A stretch of 64,000 nucleotides of DNA from an uncultured archaeon (GTDB lineage: Archaea; Asgardarchaeota; Thorarchaeia; Thorarchaeales; Thorarchaeaceae), in NCBI GenBank assembly GCA_964558645.1, contig CAZLEV010000005.1, forward strand, positions 32,001 to 96,000. The letters are read 5' to 3'. Both the position numbers and the translations under genes were made by a program. Positions 10,198 through 19,913 of this stretch are shown here, piece by piece (positions within the stretch are counted from its first letter, which is position 1; every line of letters starts with the position of its first letter). Under the pieces are notes generated by a model. That model had not been told where the DNA came from and ran no database searches. It saw nothing but the letters and a program-made list of their open reading frames with translations.

Positions 10198-11097
10198 ATG
10201 TCAGATTCCAATGACCGACTAAAAGAAAAGACACTGCAGATTGCATCATTGAATCAGAAGCTTGAGGTATTGCAAGCACAACTCTCTGGAAGTCAGAAAC
10301 GAGCGCATAATCTTGGTCAGCAAGTGGAAGAGTTGGAGCGTACTATCGAGAGAAAGGACGATGAAATCCGAATCTTGCAGTCCGAACTAAGCCGGACAAA
10401 GGACGCTCTGGATAGTGTAGGTGAGCAGATGCGTGACCTAAGATCGAGTCAGACAGAGAGCTACTCCAAAAGAGGCCCAACAGAGAGCAATCAATCGCTG
10501 GAAGAAAGCCTGCAGGTGACCAAGAGAAAGGCGGACATGCTTGCGGAGGATCTCAAGAAGCTGTCTGGCGCTGCAATGGCCCTGCTCAATGATGAAGAGG
10601 GGGCAAGAGAGAAGCTCAGAGAAACGGTCATGGAGGTTGGAGACCCCAAGTACAAAGTCCTCAACCTCGTTCTCAACAAGAGGAAAGTCAGTATCGAAGA
10701 GACTGCTGCAGTCATAGTTGCAGATATGTCAGAAACTCTGAGCATAATTGACGAGTTACAGAATGCAGAGGAGATAGAAGTCCAGGATGGTCAGATGGTA
10801 GTCCCTAGCAAGAAGTATCGGGTAGCCCCGATTCCGTTGGACAAGTGGAAGACCGCAGAACCCGTGCAGATCTTTGATGAGCTTGGGGAGATAATTGGCA
10901 AGACCGAGGGGCATGAGAACATAGCAGAAGCGGTTGAAAAGGCAGTGGACATCCTAGAACAGAAACTTGCTCGAGGAGGTGCATTAATCTTTGAGATGCG
11001 TCGAACAGCCAATAAATGGAGATCCAAACAAGCGGACATTGAAGGGCTACAGTACAAAGTCAGGGAGTGGAAGCAAAGGGCAATTAACCTCGGTTAG
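10198..11097 (+). CDS. Coiled-coil plus wHTH plus helical C-terminal domain protein
   Basis: Heptad-rich first ~140 aa, HTH-like segment, helical C-terminus ending VREWK. Confidence 0.75.
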   Translation: MSDSNDRLKEKTLQIASLNQKLEVLQAQLSGSQKRAHNLGQQVEELERTIERKDDEIRILQSELSRTKDALDSVGEQMRDLRSSQTESYSKRGPTESNQSLEESLQVTKRKADMLAEDLKKLSGAAMALLNDEEGAREKLRETVMEVGDPKYKVLNLVLNKRKVSIEETAAVIVADMSETLSIIDELQNAEEIEVQDGQMVVPSKKYRVAPIPLDKWKTAEPVQIFDELGEIIGKTEGHENIAEAVEKAVDILEQKLARGGALIFEMRRTANKWRSKQADIEGLQYKVREWKQRAINLG

Positions 11098-11510
11098 TGG
11101 TTGGAGTCTTTCTTGATTGCATCACGAACATACTCCCCGAAGTCTGAGGTCTCCCCATCCCTGTGAACACGAATCTTTGGTTCCTCCCCCTTTATCTGGC
11201 GTTCAATATACCTTACATCAATCTGTGAGAAGACCTGTCGAATCCCACGATAGACTATCAAATATAGAATGATCTCTTGAACTCGCGCCCCAACAGCAGG
11301 CTCACGTTCTTTTAGGGTCTTGAGGTATTCTTGTGCGTCTTGGGCAAGGAATTTCTTAAGGATTGCTTCTTGCCGCTCTGAGGCTTTCTCCTCCCGTTCT
11401 CTGTCGGCCTCCTGCTGCTCCTGTTTCCTCATCATCTGAGCCATCTTCCGCCTCCGAATCATCGAGAGTTCGTCATCATCGTTCAGGAGTATTCCCTCAG
11501 AACGAGGCAC
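11094..11510 (-). CDS. PDCD5/TFAR19-like dsDNA-binding protein (start uncertain)
   Basis: DDELSMIRRRKMAQM, ILKKFL..DA..YL, KIRV. Confidence 0.75.
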   Translation of the reverse strand: MPRSEGILLNDDDELSMIRRRKMAQMMRKQEQQEADREREEKASERQEAILKKFLAQDAQEYLKTLKEREPAVGARVQEIILYLIVYRGIRQVFSQIDVRYIERQIKGEEPKIRVHRDGETSDFGEYVRDAIKKDSNH

Positions 11511-11617
11511 ATTGCGTTTTCAGTTAAACATGTCGATACAGCGAGCATTGCTTTTTTAGGGACAACTGAGAGAGTCCAGATGAACATTGAATCCAGAAAC
11601 ACGTGGGAGGTTCTCTC

Positions 11618-12556
11618 TTGACACAAGAAGAAACATGTTCATGGCTGACATCGGCCGATTCGAGCAACTACTGTGAGATGAGGAAGCAAGAACTTCCACG
11701 TCCGGAGGTGGAAGCCAAGTGTACTAGATTCGACCGCTCACTAATCTGCATTGACGCTTATAGCTCGTTATACAAAGGAAAAGAGTTAGCAGACGATAAC
11801 AGCACAGATGCCATTCTCTGGTTCATTGAATCGGCCACTCAATTCGAGAACCTAGGGGAAACGGATAACGCCATCCTTGCCTGTATCCGTGCCATTGAAC
11901 TCGCCACAAAGAATGGCCTGGTTGAGAGGGCATATGAGGTGTTCCGCTACGGCCGATCAGTCTACGAAAAGGGGATTACCAGTGAAGACCCTGCTCTATC
12001 AGACTCCGCACTAAAACAGAAACTTGTGAAGGCGGGAGAGAAGATGGTGGCCAAGGCCAGAGAATCTGCTGAAGATGATGATGTGCGAGTGATGCAGGCG
12101 GAGCTGAAGGCGGCGGTACTGGGTGGAGCTGCCCTCAAGAGAGTTAAGAGAGATGAGATGAAGAAGGAGCTTGTCATTGTCGAGGGAAGGCAGCTATATA
12201 CTAAGAAAGCAAAGGAGTACAAAGAGGGGGCAGACACTTTCGTCGCCTCCGGAGTAATCCAGAATGCCGTTACTTTTGCATGTCTCGGAGCCCTAGCTGA
12301 CCTTATGCTTGGTAAACCAAAGGAGGGAATATCATACCTGACAGAAACAGCGGCAAATTCCGGCTTCAGAGACCGTTTCCAAGAGAGTGTTTGCTTCCAA
12401 TGGGCGAAATTGCTCTTCAGAGCACATGTGAGCAGAGATGAGGAAGCAATAAACAAAGCGAGGAAACTGTTTCTCAGAATCCCTTGGTCATTCAAAGATG
12501 ATAAGGAATTCGGCAGACGGGTCATGGATTTTGTGTACAGGCGTGTCAGCCGGTGA
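11618..12556 (+). CDS. TPR/SNAP-like helical-repeat protein with N-terminal Cys cluster and central WH2-like motif
   Basis: GGAGGT SD before TTG 11618; AxxxFxxxG repeats; LKAAVLGGAALKRV. Confidence 0.65.
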   Translation: MTQEETCSWLTSADSSNYCEMRKQELPRPEVEAKCTRFDRSLICIDAYSSLYKGKELADDNSTDAILWFIESATQFENLGETDNAILACIRAIELATKNGLVERAYEVFRYGRSVYEKGITSEDPALSDSALKQKLVKAGEKMVAKARESAEDDDVRVMQAELKAAVLGGAALKRVKRDEMKKELVIVEGRQLYTKKAKEYKEGADTFVASGVIQNAVTFACLGALADLMLGKPKEGISYLTETAANSGFRDRFQESVCFQWAKLLFRAHVSRDEEAINKARKLFLRIPWSFKDDKEFGRRVMDFVYRRVSR

Positions 12557-13895
12557 TTCGCAGTTTCGCAACAAAAAACCCATTGGTATCATGAAGATGG
12601 GGAAAGAACCGACACACCCAAGGAGAACACCTGAACCCTCGATAGCCCTTCTCACCAACAGGAGGTAGATCGACAAGCTCGACTGAGTGCCTAGTTAGTG
12701 CTGAGTCGATTTGGGATTCGCCTTCGTGAGGGAGCAGTGAGCATGTTGAATACACTATCTCCGTTCCAGGACGTTCGGAGTATGCAGAGAGTATAGCATC
12801 AAGGATCTTGTTCTGAATGGCCATTAGATCGAATAGGGTCTTTTTATTCAACCGCCACTTGAATGACGGGTTGTTTGATAGAATTCCAGTAGAAGTACAA
12901 GGCGCATCAATGAGTATCTTCTCTGCGGCAGATATGACTGGTCTTGTGGCATCAGCCCTCAAGAACGCCACCTTCTCATAACCGAGTTTCTGAGACCGCC
13001 TTACAGATACTCTCAGTCGGCTGGCACTGAGGTCGGTAGCCACAAGGCGGCCCTGTTCATTCATCTGTTCCCATATGAGCTGTGTCTTCATGCCAGGAGC
13101 GGCACAAGCATCCCAGACAATAGCCCCACTCTGAGGAGACAATGCTTGCACTGCGAACACGCTACTCTTGTCTTGTAGAAGCACATACCCCGACCTATAA
13201 GCATCAGATTTGATGACATTCACTACCGAATCGTTCAAACGGTACAGACCGGTCAAATCACTATCCTCGCGGAGAGAAACACCTTCATCGATGAGCTCAC
13301 GAGTTCCTTCACTTGCGGCGTCAAGGAGAAGGTTGGGCCGAACATAATTAGTTGGCGGCTCATTGTTCGCCTTCATCAAGTCGATGGTCGCGGATTCTCC
13401 AAGATGCTTCAGAAGAACTTCCACGAGAAAACTGGGATGAGAATATTCAATGCTCAACCGCTCAGAGATGGTCAAACCCTCCATGTATTCTTCGAGATGG
13501 GCCTGACCTATGCATGCAAGGGCTTCCTTTGCATCTGCATACTTGGACAGATACCCTTCAGCAATCTCGCTGCAGTCTTTATGTTTCCAGATGACCTCGA
13601 ATACGCCAAGCCGCAGCGCGTTTCGCTGCCTCTTTGTGAGTCGATTCAGGGGGACGCCGGTCAAGCACCGAGCAATGAGAAAGTCTATTGTGTTCAAGAA
13701 TCGGACAACTCCAAGACAGAGTGACTCAACGACCCCCATGCTCTGCTGCCCAATTTGCTGGGCAATTCTAGACCTGCGAAGGATATCTTTCAGTGAGGAG
13801 TCAGATTGATCATACTGAGTGAGTAGCTCTATGGCAAGTGCCCTTATCCGCCTCGAGTCAGAGGGTTTCTCAACCTTCTCTCTACTGGAACTCAT
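12546..13895 (-). CDS. RsmB/NOP2 RNA m5C methyltransferase with NusB-like N-domain
   Basis: QDKSS, DACAAPGMKT, DAPCTSTG, YSTCS; ATG 13895 overlaps the ALDH stop (ATGA). Confidence 0.92.
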   Translation of the reverse strand: MSSSREKVEKPSDSRRIRALAIELLTQYDQSDSSLKDILRRSRIAQQIGQQSMGVVESLCLGVVRFLNTIDFLIARCLTGVPLNRLTKRQRNALRLGVFEVIWKHKDCSEIAEGYLSKYADAKEALACIGQAHLEEYMEGLTISERLSIEYSHPSFLVEVLLKHLGESATIDLMKANNEPPTNYVRPNLLLDAASEGTRELIDEGVSLREDSDLTGLYRLNDSVVNVIKSDAYRSGYVLLQDKSSVFAVQALSPQSGAIVWDACAAPGMKTQLIWEQMNEQGRLVATDLSASRLRVSVRRSQKLGYEKVAFLRADATRPVISAAEKILIDAPCTSTGILSNNPSFKWRLNKKTLFDLMAIQNKILDAILSAYSERPGTEIVYSTCSLLPHEGESQIDSALTRHSVELVDLPPVGEKGYRGFRCSPWVCRFFPHLHDTNGFFVAKLRITG

Positions 13896-15559
13896 GCAAG
13901 CTCTACATCCGGACCTACATGCACATATTTCATTCGTGTCAGCATCTCGGGGAAGTACTTGCCGCCGATTATGCCTGAGTCCTTGTATCCCCCTAGGTGC
14001 GGCATGTAGGGGTCGAAATAGAGATGGTCCTGTCCGACAGTAACGCCACCAGCCTTCACACCCTTGACCCATTTCATCCTCACATCAACATCATCAGTAA
14101 AGACTGAAGACCTTAGACCAAAACGTGACATATTGGCAATCTCAATGGCCTCCTCGACGCTTCGGACTCTTCGAACAGGAAGAGCTGGGGCGAAGACCTC
14201 TTCCTGCATTACCCTCATGTCAAGTGAAGCCTCGGTAATGACTGTGGGTTTGAAGAAGACTCCTGCAGGATCATGCTCGCCGAGGTGGTTGCAACGATAC
14301 CCGCCAGTTTCGATCTTGGCACCTTTGGCAAGTGCATCTGCCAATTGATCGATGAGAAGATATAGTGCTGTAAGCCCTATCGGCGGAAGACTCGTTTCCT
14401 TGTCAGACGGGCGACCCACTTTGAGTTTCTTGGCCTCCTCCACTACAAGACGCACAAGTTCATCATGAAGTTCCTCTTGCACAAGAAGTCTTTTCACGGC
14501 CATGCATGCTTGGCCGCTACCAAGGAATCTACCTTTCACAATCATCTTGGCTGCAAATGAGAGATCAACATCTCGTCCCCAGACAAGACAAGCATCGCTT
14601 CCAGCCAGTTCAGGAGCCATCTGGACCCTATTAGTAACTGCTTGGGCCCAGAGATTGATACCCGTATCGCTATCTCCGTACCAGACCAAGGCGCCTACTG
14701 CGGGGTCATTCATCAGACGGCGCATCATCTTCTTACCTCCGCCAGTTAGTGTTTGGATCATTGCAGCGGGTAATCCGAGTTCTACAAAGGTCTGAGAGAA
14801 TATCTTGGTGAGTAGAATAGTGCTGAGTGGGACCTTGCTGGGTGGCTTCAGAATGGTTGCGTTTCCTGCAAGTATTGATGATGTGATACTCAGAATGCCC
14901 AGGGCAAGAGGCGAATTGTAAGGAGTGAAGAGACATGCAATGCCAAATGGTTCTCTGAATCGATAGTTGCTTCCGCCATCACGACCAGGGTCAGCCACAA
15001 CATCCAGATGCTCTCCCCAGAGTTCGAACGTCTCTCGTTCCAGATACTCTGTGAACATACTCCAGGTCCATTCAAAGGTCTTGATTGGGACACCCTCCTT
15101 AACGGATATGTCTCTGACTTCCTTAAACCGGTCTTTGACAGCCAGACCTGCTTTGTAGAGAGCATCGACCCGTTCATCCAGTGTGGCGCCCATGCCCTCA
15201 ACGCGGAATGGATTGAAAAGCTTGTCATGATCTCTGAGACCTGACAGAAGGGCACGTTTGATGTCCTCTTCTCGGGCTAGAGAAACCTTTGCGTAGGTTA
15301 CGTCTTCCAGCTCATTGTTGGAATACTTGGGAACACCATGGGCGTTACGGTAGTCTCGAAGGTATCGCATCTCAGCGGACTTTGTGGGAATCAATCGGGG
15401 GAACCTTGCGAAAACCAAACGCTGTGTTCCTGAAGCCTCACGAAGCTGAAGGGCTATTGCCAAACCCGGATCAACCGAAACCTTGTCCATATCTGGAAAA
15501 GACACATAGTGTCCGGTATCGACCTCTTCACCATCTACAATAATCGGAAAGACTTCCAC
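13892..15559 (-). CDS. Aldehyde dehydrogenase family protein
   Basis: EPFG, PYNSP, KPP, PELAG, GQAC, EEVFAP, GGYKDSG. Confidence 0.9.
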   Translation of the reverse strand: MEVFPIIVDGEEVDTGHYVSFPDMDKVSVDPGLAIALQLREASGTQRLVFARFPRLIPTKSAEMRYLRDYRNAHGVPKYSNNELEDVTYAKVSLAREEDIKRALLSGLRDHDKLFNPFRVEGMGATLDERVDALYKAGLAVKDRFKEVRDISVKEGVPIKTFEWTWSMFTEYLERETFELWGEHLDVVADPGRDGGSNYRFREPFGIACLFTPYNSPLALGILSITSSILAGNATILKPPSKVPLSTILLTKIFSQTFVELGLPAAMIQTLTGGGKKMMRRLMNDPAVGALVWYGDSDTGINLWAQAVTNRVQMAPELAGSDACLVWGRDVDLSFAAKMIVKGRFLGSGQACMAVKRLLVQEELHDELVRLVVEEAKKLKVGRPSDKETSLPPIGLTALYLLIDQLADALAKGAKIETGGYRCNHLGEHDPAGVFFKPTVITEASLDMRVMQEEVFAPALPVRRVRSVEEAIEIANMSRFGLRSSVFTDDVDVRMKWVKGVKAGGVTVGQDHLYFDPYMPHLGGYKDSGIIGGKYFPEMLTRMKYVHVGPDVELA

Positions 15560-15628
15560 GTGGCTCCCTCGTTAAGGTGTTAATCGTTGAGGCCGTGCAG
15601 TCGGTCTAATAGTCTTTCGTTTGTGAGA

Positions 15629-16117
15629 TTATTCCAATGGTTTCTCATACATCTGGACAAGCATTCCCTCATCTTGCTCGTATGGCTTCCCCCATGGACG
15701 GAAACCAAACTTGTCCATCAAACGTAATGCAATATCTTGACCAACAAGAATGTTGCAGTAGTTCCGTTTGCATCCGTGAGCTCGACCATACTCTGAGAAC
15801 TGACGATACATTGCTGAGGCTAGACCAGTGCCTCTGCACCCTCGAACTACTGTCTGATGCTCTCCATATAGGCCCTTCTCTGTAATCTTGGCCTTGTAGA
15901 CACCCACAATTCGGCCTTCAAGTCGGGCGCCAAAATAGTGGTATCCGTTTCGCATATCTTCGATAATCTGTTCGGGTGAATACTGCCGCTTCTTCCTCCA
16001 AGATTCTGGGTAATCGATTGCTCCTGGCCACACTTCTCTGAAGAGCTCTGATATCTCCTCAGCATCCTCTTCTCGAAACTCTATAATCCTGATCTTCTCA
16101 GGTGGCCAGTCCGCCAT
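15629..16117 (-). CDS. GNAT N-acetyltransferase
   Basis: RGTGLA acetyl-CoA motif, KFGF. Confidence 0.85.
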   Translation of the reverse strand: MADWPPEKIRIIEFREEDAEEISELFREVWPGAIDYPESWRKKRQYSPEQIIEDMRNGYHYFGARLEGRIVGVYKAKITEKGLYGEHQTVVRGCRGTGLASAMYRQFSEYGRAHGCKRNYCNILVGQDIALRLMDKFGFRPWGKPYEQDEGMLVQMYEKPLE

Positions 16118-16189
16118 TACTAAGCGCCTCTTTTGATACCAAGACATCTCTAAGGAGAAGCCCTTTCATAAATCTCTTCGTGGCGGCTA

Positions 16190-17323
16190 TCATATTGGCA
16201 TGGATGAGATATTCTGTGCCTTCGCCCAGTCATATGCCTCTTGATCAGGAGTGCAACCGCCACATCTGTGGCAACCAGCAGCCGTAGCCGCAGGATTGAG
16301 CTCATGCTCCAAGAGGATTCGTCCTACCTTCTTGTAGAATGCTATCGATTCCTCGAACGAACCTACGTATGACGGCACAAAGTCAGCCAACTGACTCTTC
16401 TCAGACGGACGAACAGGTGCAACGACAGGAAGAACACCCTCAGCTGCGAGCTCCTCTATGAAGGAGAGAGTCTTCGGTCGATCTTCACCAAGACCTTGCA
16501 GGATGAATGTGCTCACATTCCCTCGTCCGAAGTAATCAAGAGCAAATCTCCAACTCCGCCGGTACATATCGAGAGATGCATAGTCAGTCTTTCCAGGGCA
16601 GAAGACCTCTCGAATGTCTTCATCGGCGCTCTCGATGTGGAGTCCCACTGCGTCGGCTCCTGCTGCTGCAACCTCCGAGATGTATTTTTCATTGACAGGA
16701 GGCTCGAACTGAACTGCAACTGGGATATCTGAAATCTCCCGGATTGCCTCAATTATAGACACAAGCCTAGAGGATCCTGCATCGGCAGTGTCAGGGGTTC
16801 CAGTCGTTATGAGTACGTTCTCAACTACGCCCTCATCCAATGCGGCCTGCAGTACTTCTACAATCTGTCCGGGCGTCTTCTCAAGTATTGTTTCACCCGC
16901 TGAGCATGAATGGGGGATAGTACAGAACTTACACTGCGTTCCATCTGACCAGTATCTACAGGCCTGATATGCGGTAGTCGCAAGGGTATTCACACCGTGC
17001 AGAAGTGCAATCTGGCTGTAGCGAATGCCCTCGCCGGTGACTCGATCATAGAAGTGCGGTCTGGGCACCACTTGGAGTTCTACTTCACCATCATACAACC
17101 AGACTGAAGGATCCTCGGTGGGCACCAATGCTCTAGAACCATATCGCAGAGCTCTCTCATCTCTCCTGATTGGAATACCCACTGGATTTCCGTTCGGCAG
17201 AATGAAATACCTCCCCCCGACAGGTCCAGCGCCACCGCTCCGTCCAGACCATTCGCTCTCAGGTAAACGGGCGCCCTCAGTAAGTAGACGCACCTTCAAA
17301 CGGAGCATTTCTTCGGGGGTCAT
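16190..17323 (-). CDS. Radical SAM protein, MSMEG_0568/NitD-like; may start at GTG 17365 via UGA readthrough
   Basis: RSGGAGP, IALLHG, Cx8CKFC, C-terminal AGCHRCGGC. Confidence 0.85.
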   Translation of the reverse strand: MTPEEMLRLKVRLLTEGARLPESEWSGRSGGAGPVGGRYFILPNGNPVGIPIRRDERALRYGSRALVPTEDPSVWLYDGEVELQVVPRPHFYDRVTGEGIRYSQIALLHGVNTLATTAYQACRYWSDGTQCKFCTIPHSCSAGETILEKTPGQIVEVLQAALDEGVVENVLITTGTPDTADAGSSRLVSIIEAIREISDIPVAVQFEPPVNEKYISEVAAAGADAVGLHIESADEDIREVFCPGKTDYASLDMYRRSWRFALDYFGRGNVSTFILQGLGEDRPKTLSFIEELAAEGVLPVVAPVRPSEKSQLADFVPSYVGSFEESIAFYKKVGRILLEHELNPAATAAGCHRCGGCTPDQEAYDWAKAQNISSMPI

Positions 17324-17361
17324 CGCATTCTTTCCACATCAGCATATTGCAGGAAGCCTAT

Positions 17362-18483
17362 TCACTCTTCACCTTCATGCTGCCCCGCCATCTTCACAAG
17401 CTCGGGCAAGTCAAGTACCTCAATCCTGCCCATTGACTGTGCTTCAAGCAGGTTCTTACAGAACGGGCAGGCTGTGATTAGAAAGTCGGCCTCGGTTCGT
17501 ATTGCTTGTTCAACTCTCTCAGTTCCAATCTCTTTCGCCTTGTCTGGGAATAGTGTTCGAAGACCCGCACCATTACCGCAGCACATGGCATCATCTCGAT
17601 TGTGCTCCATCTCGACAAGACCACCATCGAGCAAGTGCTTAATGATGTTTCTCGGAGGGTCATAGATACTGCAATGCCTTCCGAGATGACATGGATCATG
17701 AAAGGTGGCAGTTCCATTTATTGTTCTGCCAGAGAGGACCTCAAGTCTGTCCTCAAGCACTTGGGAGATGTGGAATACTGGCTTGTTGAGTTCAAGCCCA
17801 TTCTCTGGATAGTCTTGAGTTAGGACACGCAGGCATCCGGGGCAGCTCACGATTATGCATTCGGCGTTCATGGAGTTAAGCAGGTCAACGTTATGACGAG
17901 CGGACTCTAGACCAATGTCATAGTGACCTGTTCGGAATAGCGGAGAGCCACAACACCACTCATCGTCACTGACCAGGACGTTATAGCCAAGGCCAGACGT
18001 TAGGACTGACAGTGTGCTCTCAGCAATGGACTGCTCCCTGTATGATGCTGTGCATCCTGCAAAGTAGATGACAGACTCTCCACTCGTGGTCTTGGTGTTA
18101 ATCCAGGAGTTCCGTTCAGAGTGGGACTCCTCAAAGGGGTTATGATTTGTCCGTACTGAAGTCGCCATTCTGAGAAGCTCTTCTGGTTGAGTACCTGATT
18201 CAACAATGCGTCGTCGAGTTGCCTCGACAATGCTGGCAATGTCAATCTCTGGAAGGCACCATGTAAGACAATGGCTACATTCAAGGCATTGATAGAGAAC
18301 CTCAATGCCTCTGGGATCGAGCTTCTGTGTACCGGTGCCGTCATAATGGATGAGAAGTGCACGGCCATGAGGAGTTGGGGAATCAGATCTCCAGACAAAG
18401 AATGTGGGGCATACATGACGACACATCTTGGGGCAGGCCGCACACATTCGAACCTGCTCTGGAATCCTGTCAGACTCTATCAT
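17362..18483 (-). CDS. Fe-S oxidoreductase (GlpC/HdrD-like, CCG domains)
   Basis: CAACPKMCRHVCP, CLECSHC, CCG twice, HDPCHLGR, ACPFC. Confidence 0.9.
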   Translation of the reverse strand: MIESDRIPEQVRMCAACPKMCRHVCPTFFVWRSDSPTPHGRALLIHYDGTGTQKLDPRGIEVLYQCLECSHCLTWCLPEIDIASIVEATRRRIVESGTQPEELLRMATSVRTNHNPFEESHSERNSWINTKTTSGESVIYFAGCTASYREQSIAESTLSVLTSGLGYNVLVSDDEWCCGSPLFRTGHYDIGLESARHNVDLLNSMNAECIIVSCPGCLRVLTQDYPENGLELNKPVFHISQVLEDRLEVLSGRTINGTATFHDPCHLGRHCSIYDPPRNIIKHLLDGGLVEMEHNRDDAMCCGNGAGLRTLFPDKAKEIGTERVEQAIRTEADFLITACPFCKNLLEAQSMGRIEVLDLPELVKMAGQHEGEE

Positions 18484-19907
18484 TCTCGCACCCCCAATCC
18501 GACCTTTCCGGGATTCATGATACCATTGGGGTCAAGGACCTGTTTGATCTGCTCTATCACGCTGAAGGCTGAACCCCATTCCCCCTCCATATAGGTTGAC
18601 CGCGACAGCCCGACACCGTGTTGATGGCTCATGGCTCCGCCTGACTTCAAGCATGCCTCAATCCCATCATCCCAGATCTTTTTGTAGGTCACCCAGGCTT
18701 CTTCAGCAGTGGGCTGGGAAGTGAAGAAGATCATGTAGATGCTTCCCCCATTCGGATACATGTGGGAGAAATGGGACATGACTACGGCATCATGCGCTTC
18801 CATGGCCGTCTTCATAGAGTGATAGACATCTTCCAGTCTGTCATATGTAGCCACAATATCGATTGTGTCGCCTATGGAATAGCCAGCAGTTGTGAACTTG
18901 GTAGGATAGTACATATCGTAGCGATGCTCCCACCAGCGTTTAGCTGGCCCCTCACCGTAGTCCTTCGCTCCATGTTCGAGGCATATCTTGGAGGATATAC
19001 GTTCGTCTAGGGCGACCTTGTCAGGGATTCCATCAAATGCAAGCATCAGCATACAATCTCCCTCTTCCACATCAAAATGGACGCTTACACTCATGGCTGT
19101 ATCATTGGGGTCATAGAGCCGCACTACTGAGGGAAAGACACCGCTCTGGAGAATCTCCCTGATAGCACCAAGTCCGCTATGGATATCAGGAAAACACATA
19201 CTGCGAAAAGACCGTTTCTCAGGGATGGGGAAGAGCTTCATCGTTGCTTGTGTTATGACTCCCAGTGTTCCTTCGGAGCCGATGAACAGATTCTTGAGAT
19301 CCGGGCCAACAGAGTGTCTTGGAAGAGCCTTACATTGAATTACTCGTCCATCCGGTAAGACGGCTTCCAGGCCAAGAGTCAGGTCCTCAATCTTTCCGTA
19401 GAGGGAAGACATCGATCCCCCCGAACGAGTTGCAATGAAACCTCCAAGATTCGAGGCTCTCAGAGAGGTGGGTGTGTGACCTGTTGTATAGCCATGACGA
19501 TTTACAGCTTCTTCCAGCTCAATCCCGACAATACCAGCCTCAGCAGTGACAGTAAGAGATTCATGATCAATCCGCAGCACTTGGTCCATTCTCTTGATAT
19601 CCAGTTGAATACCACCATAGACAGGTAGAGTACCACCGCACGTCCCTGCACCACCCCCGACAGGAATGACGGGGATACGGGTCTCATTGGCTATCCTGAG
19701 GACCTCCGCAACCTCTTCGGTTGTTTCAGGAAAGACAATCATGTCCGCGGTTGGCAGCATCTCACCCGCTCGGATTCTCGCCTCGCTGAGCGGCCAAGCA
19801 TCATGCGCATTCAGAATCATATCCGAAGCTGACCTGCTGATGTTTGCCTTGCCCACAACATCTGAGAGGCGGGCTTCCAGTGTTGATAGAGTTTCAGTGT
19901 CCACCAT
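18480..19907 (-). CDS. FAD-linked oxidase, alkyl-DHAP synthase (AGPS)-like
   Basis: GHTPTS, GGFIATRSGG..S..YGKIED, GPD, GSEGTLG, RLYD, SHMY, HQHGVG, DPNGIMNPGK. Confidence 0.85.
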   Translation of the reverse strand: MVDTETLSTLEARLSDVVGKANISRSASDMILNAHDAWPLSEARIRAGEMLPTADMIVFPETTEEVAEVLRIANETRIPVIPVGGGAGTCGGTLPVYGGIQLDIKRMDQVLRIDHESLTVTAEAGIVGIELEEAVNRHGYTTGHTPTSLRASNLGGFIATRSGGSMSSLYGKIEDLTLGLEAVLPDGRVIQCKALPRHSVGPDLKNLFIGSEGTLGVITQATMKLFPIPEKRSFRSMCFPDIHSGLGAIREILQSGVFPSVVRLYDPNDTAMSVSVHFDVEEGDCMLMLAFDGIPDKVALDERISSKICLEHGAKDYGEGPAKRWWEHRYDMYYPTKFTTAGYSIGDTIDIVATYDRLEDVYHSMKTAMEAHDAVVMSHFSHMYPNGGSIYMIFFTSQPTAEEAWVTYKKIWDDGIEACLKSGGAMSHQHGVGLSRSTYMEGEWGSAFSVIEQIKQVLDPNGIMNPGKVGLGVRE

Positions 19908-19913
19908 CTCGAA

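Noticed and set aside
13896-14072. ORF-track N-terminal extension of the RsmB gene
   Set aside because: It overlaps the ALDH coding region; the ATGA-coupled start at 13895 fits the family.
16100-16195. ATGA motifs after the radical SAM stop as a SECIS
   Set aside because: No paired stem closes onto a 3' NGAN, and there is no properly placed apical AAA.
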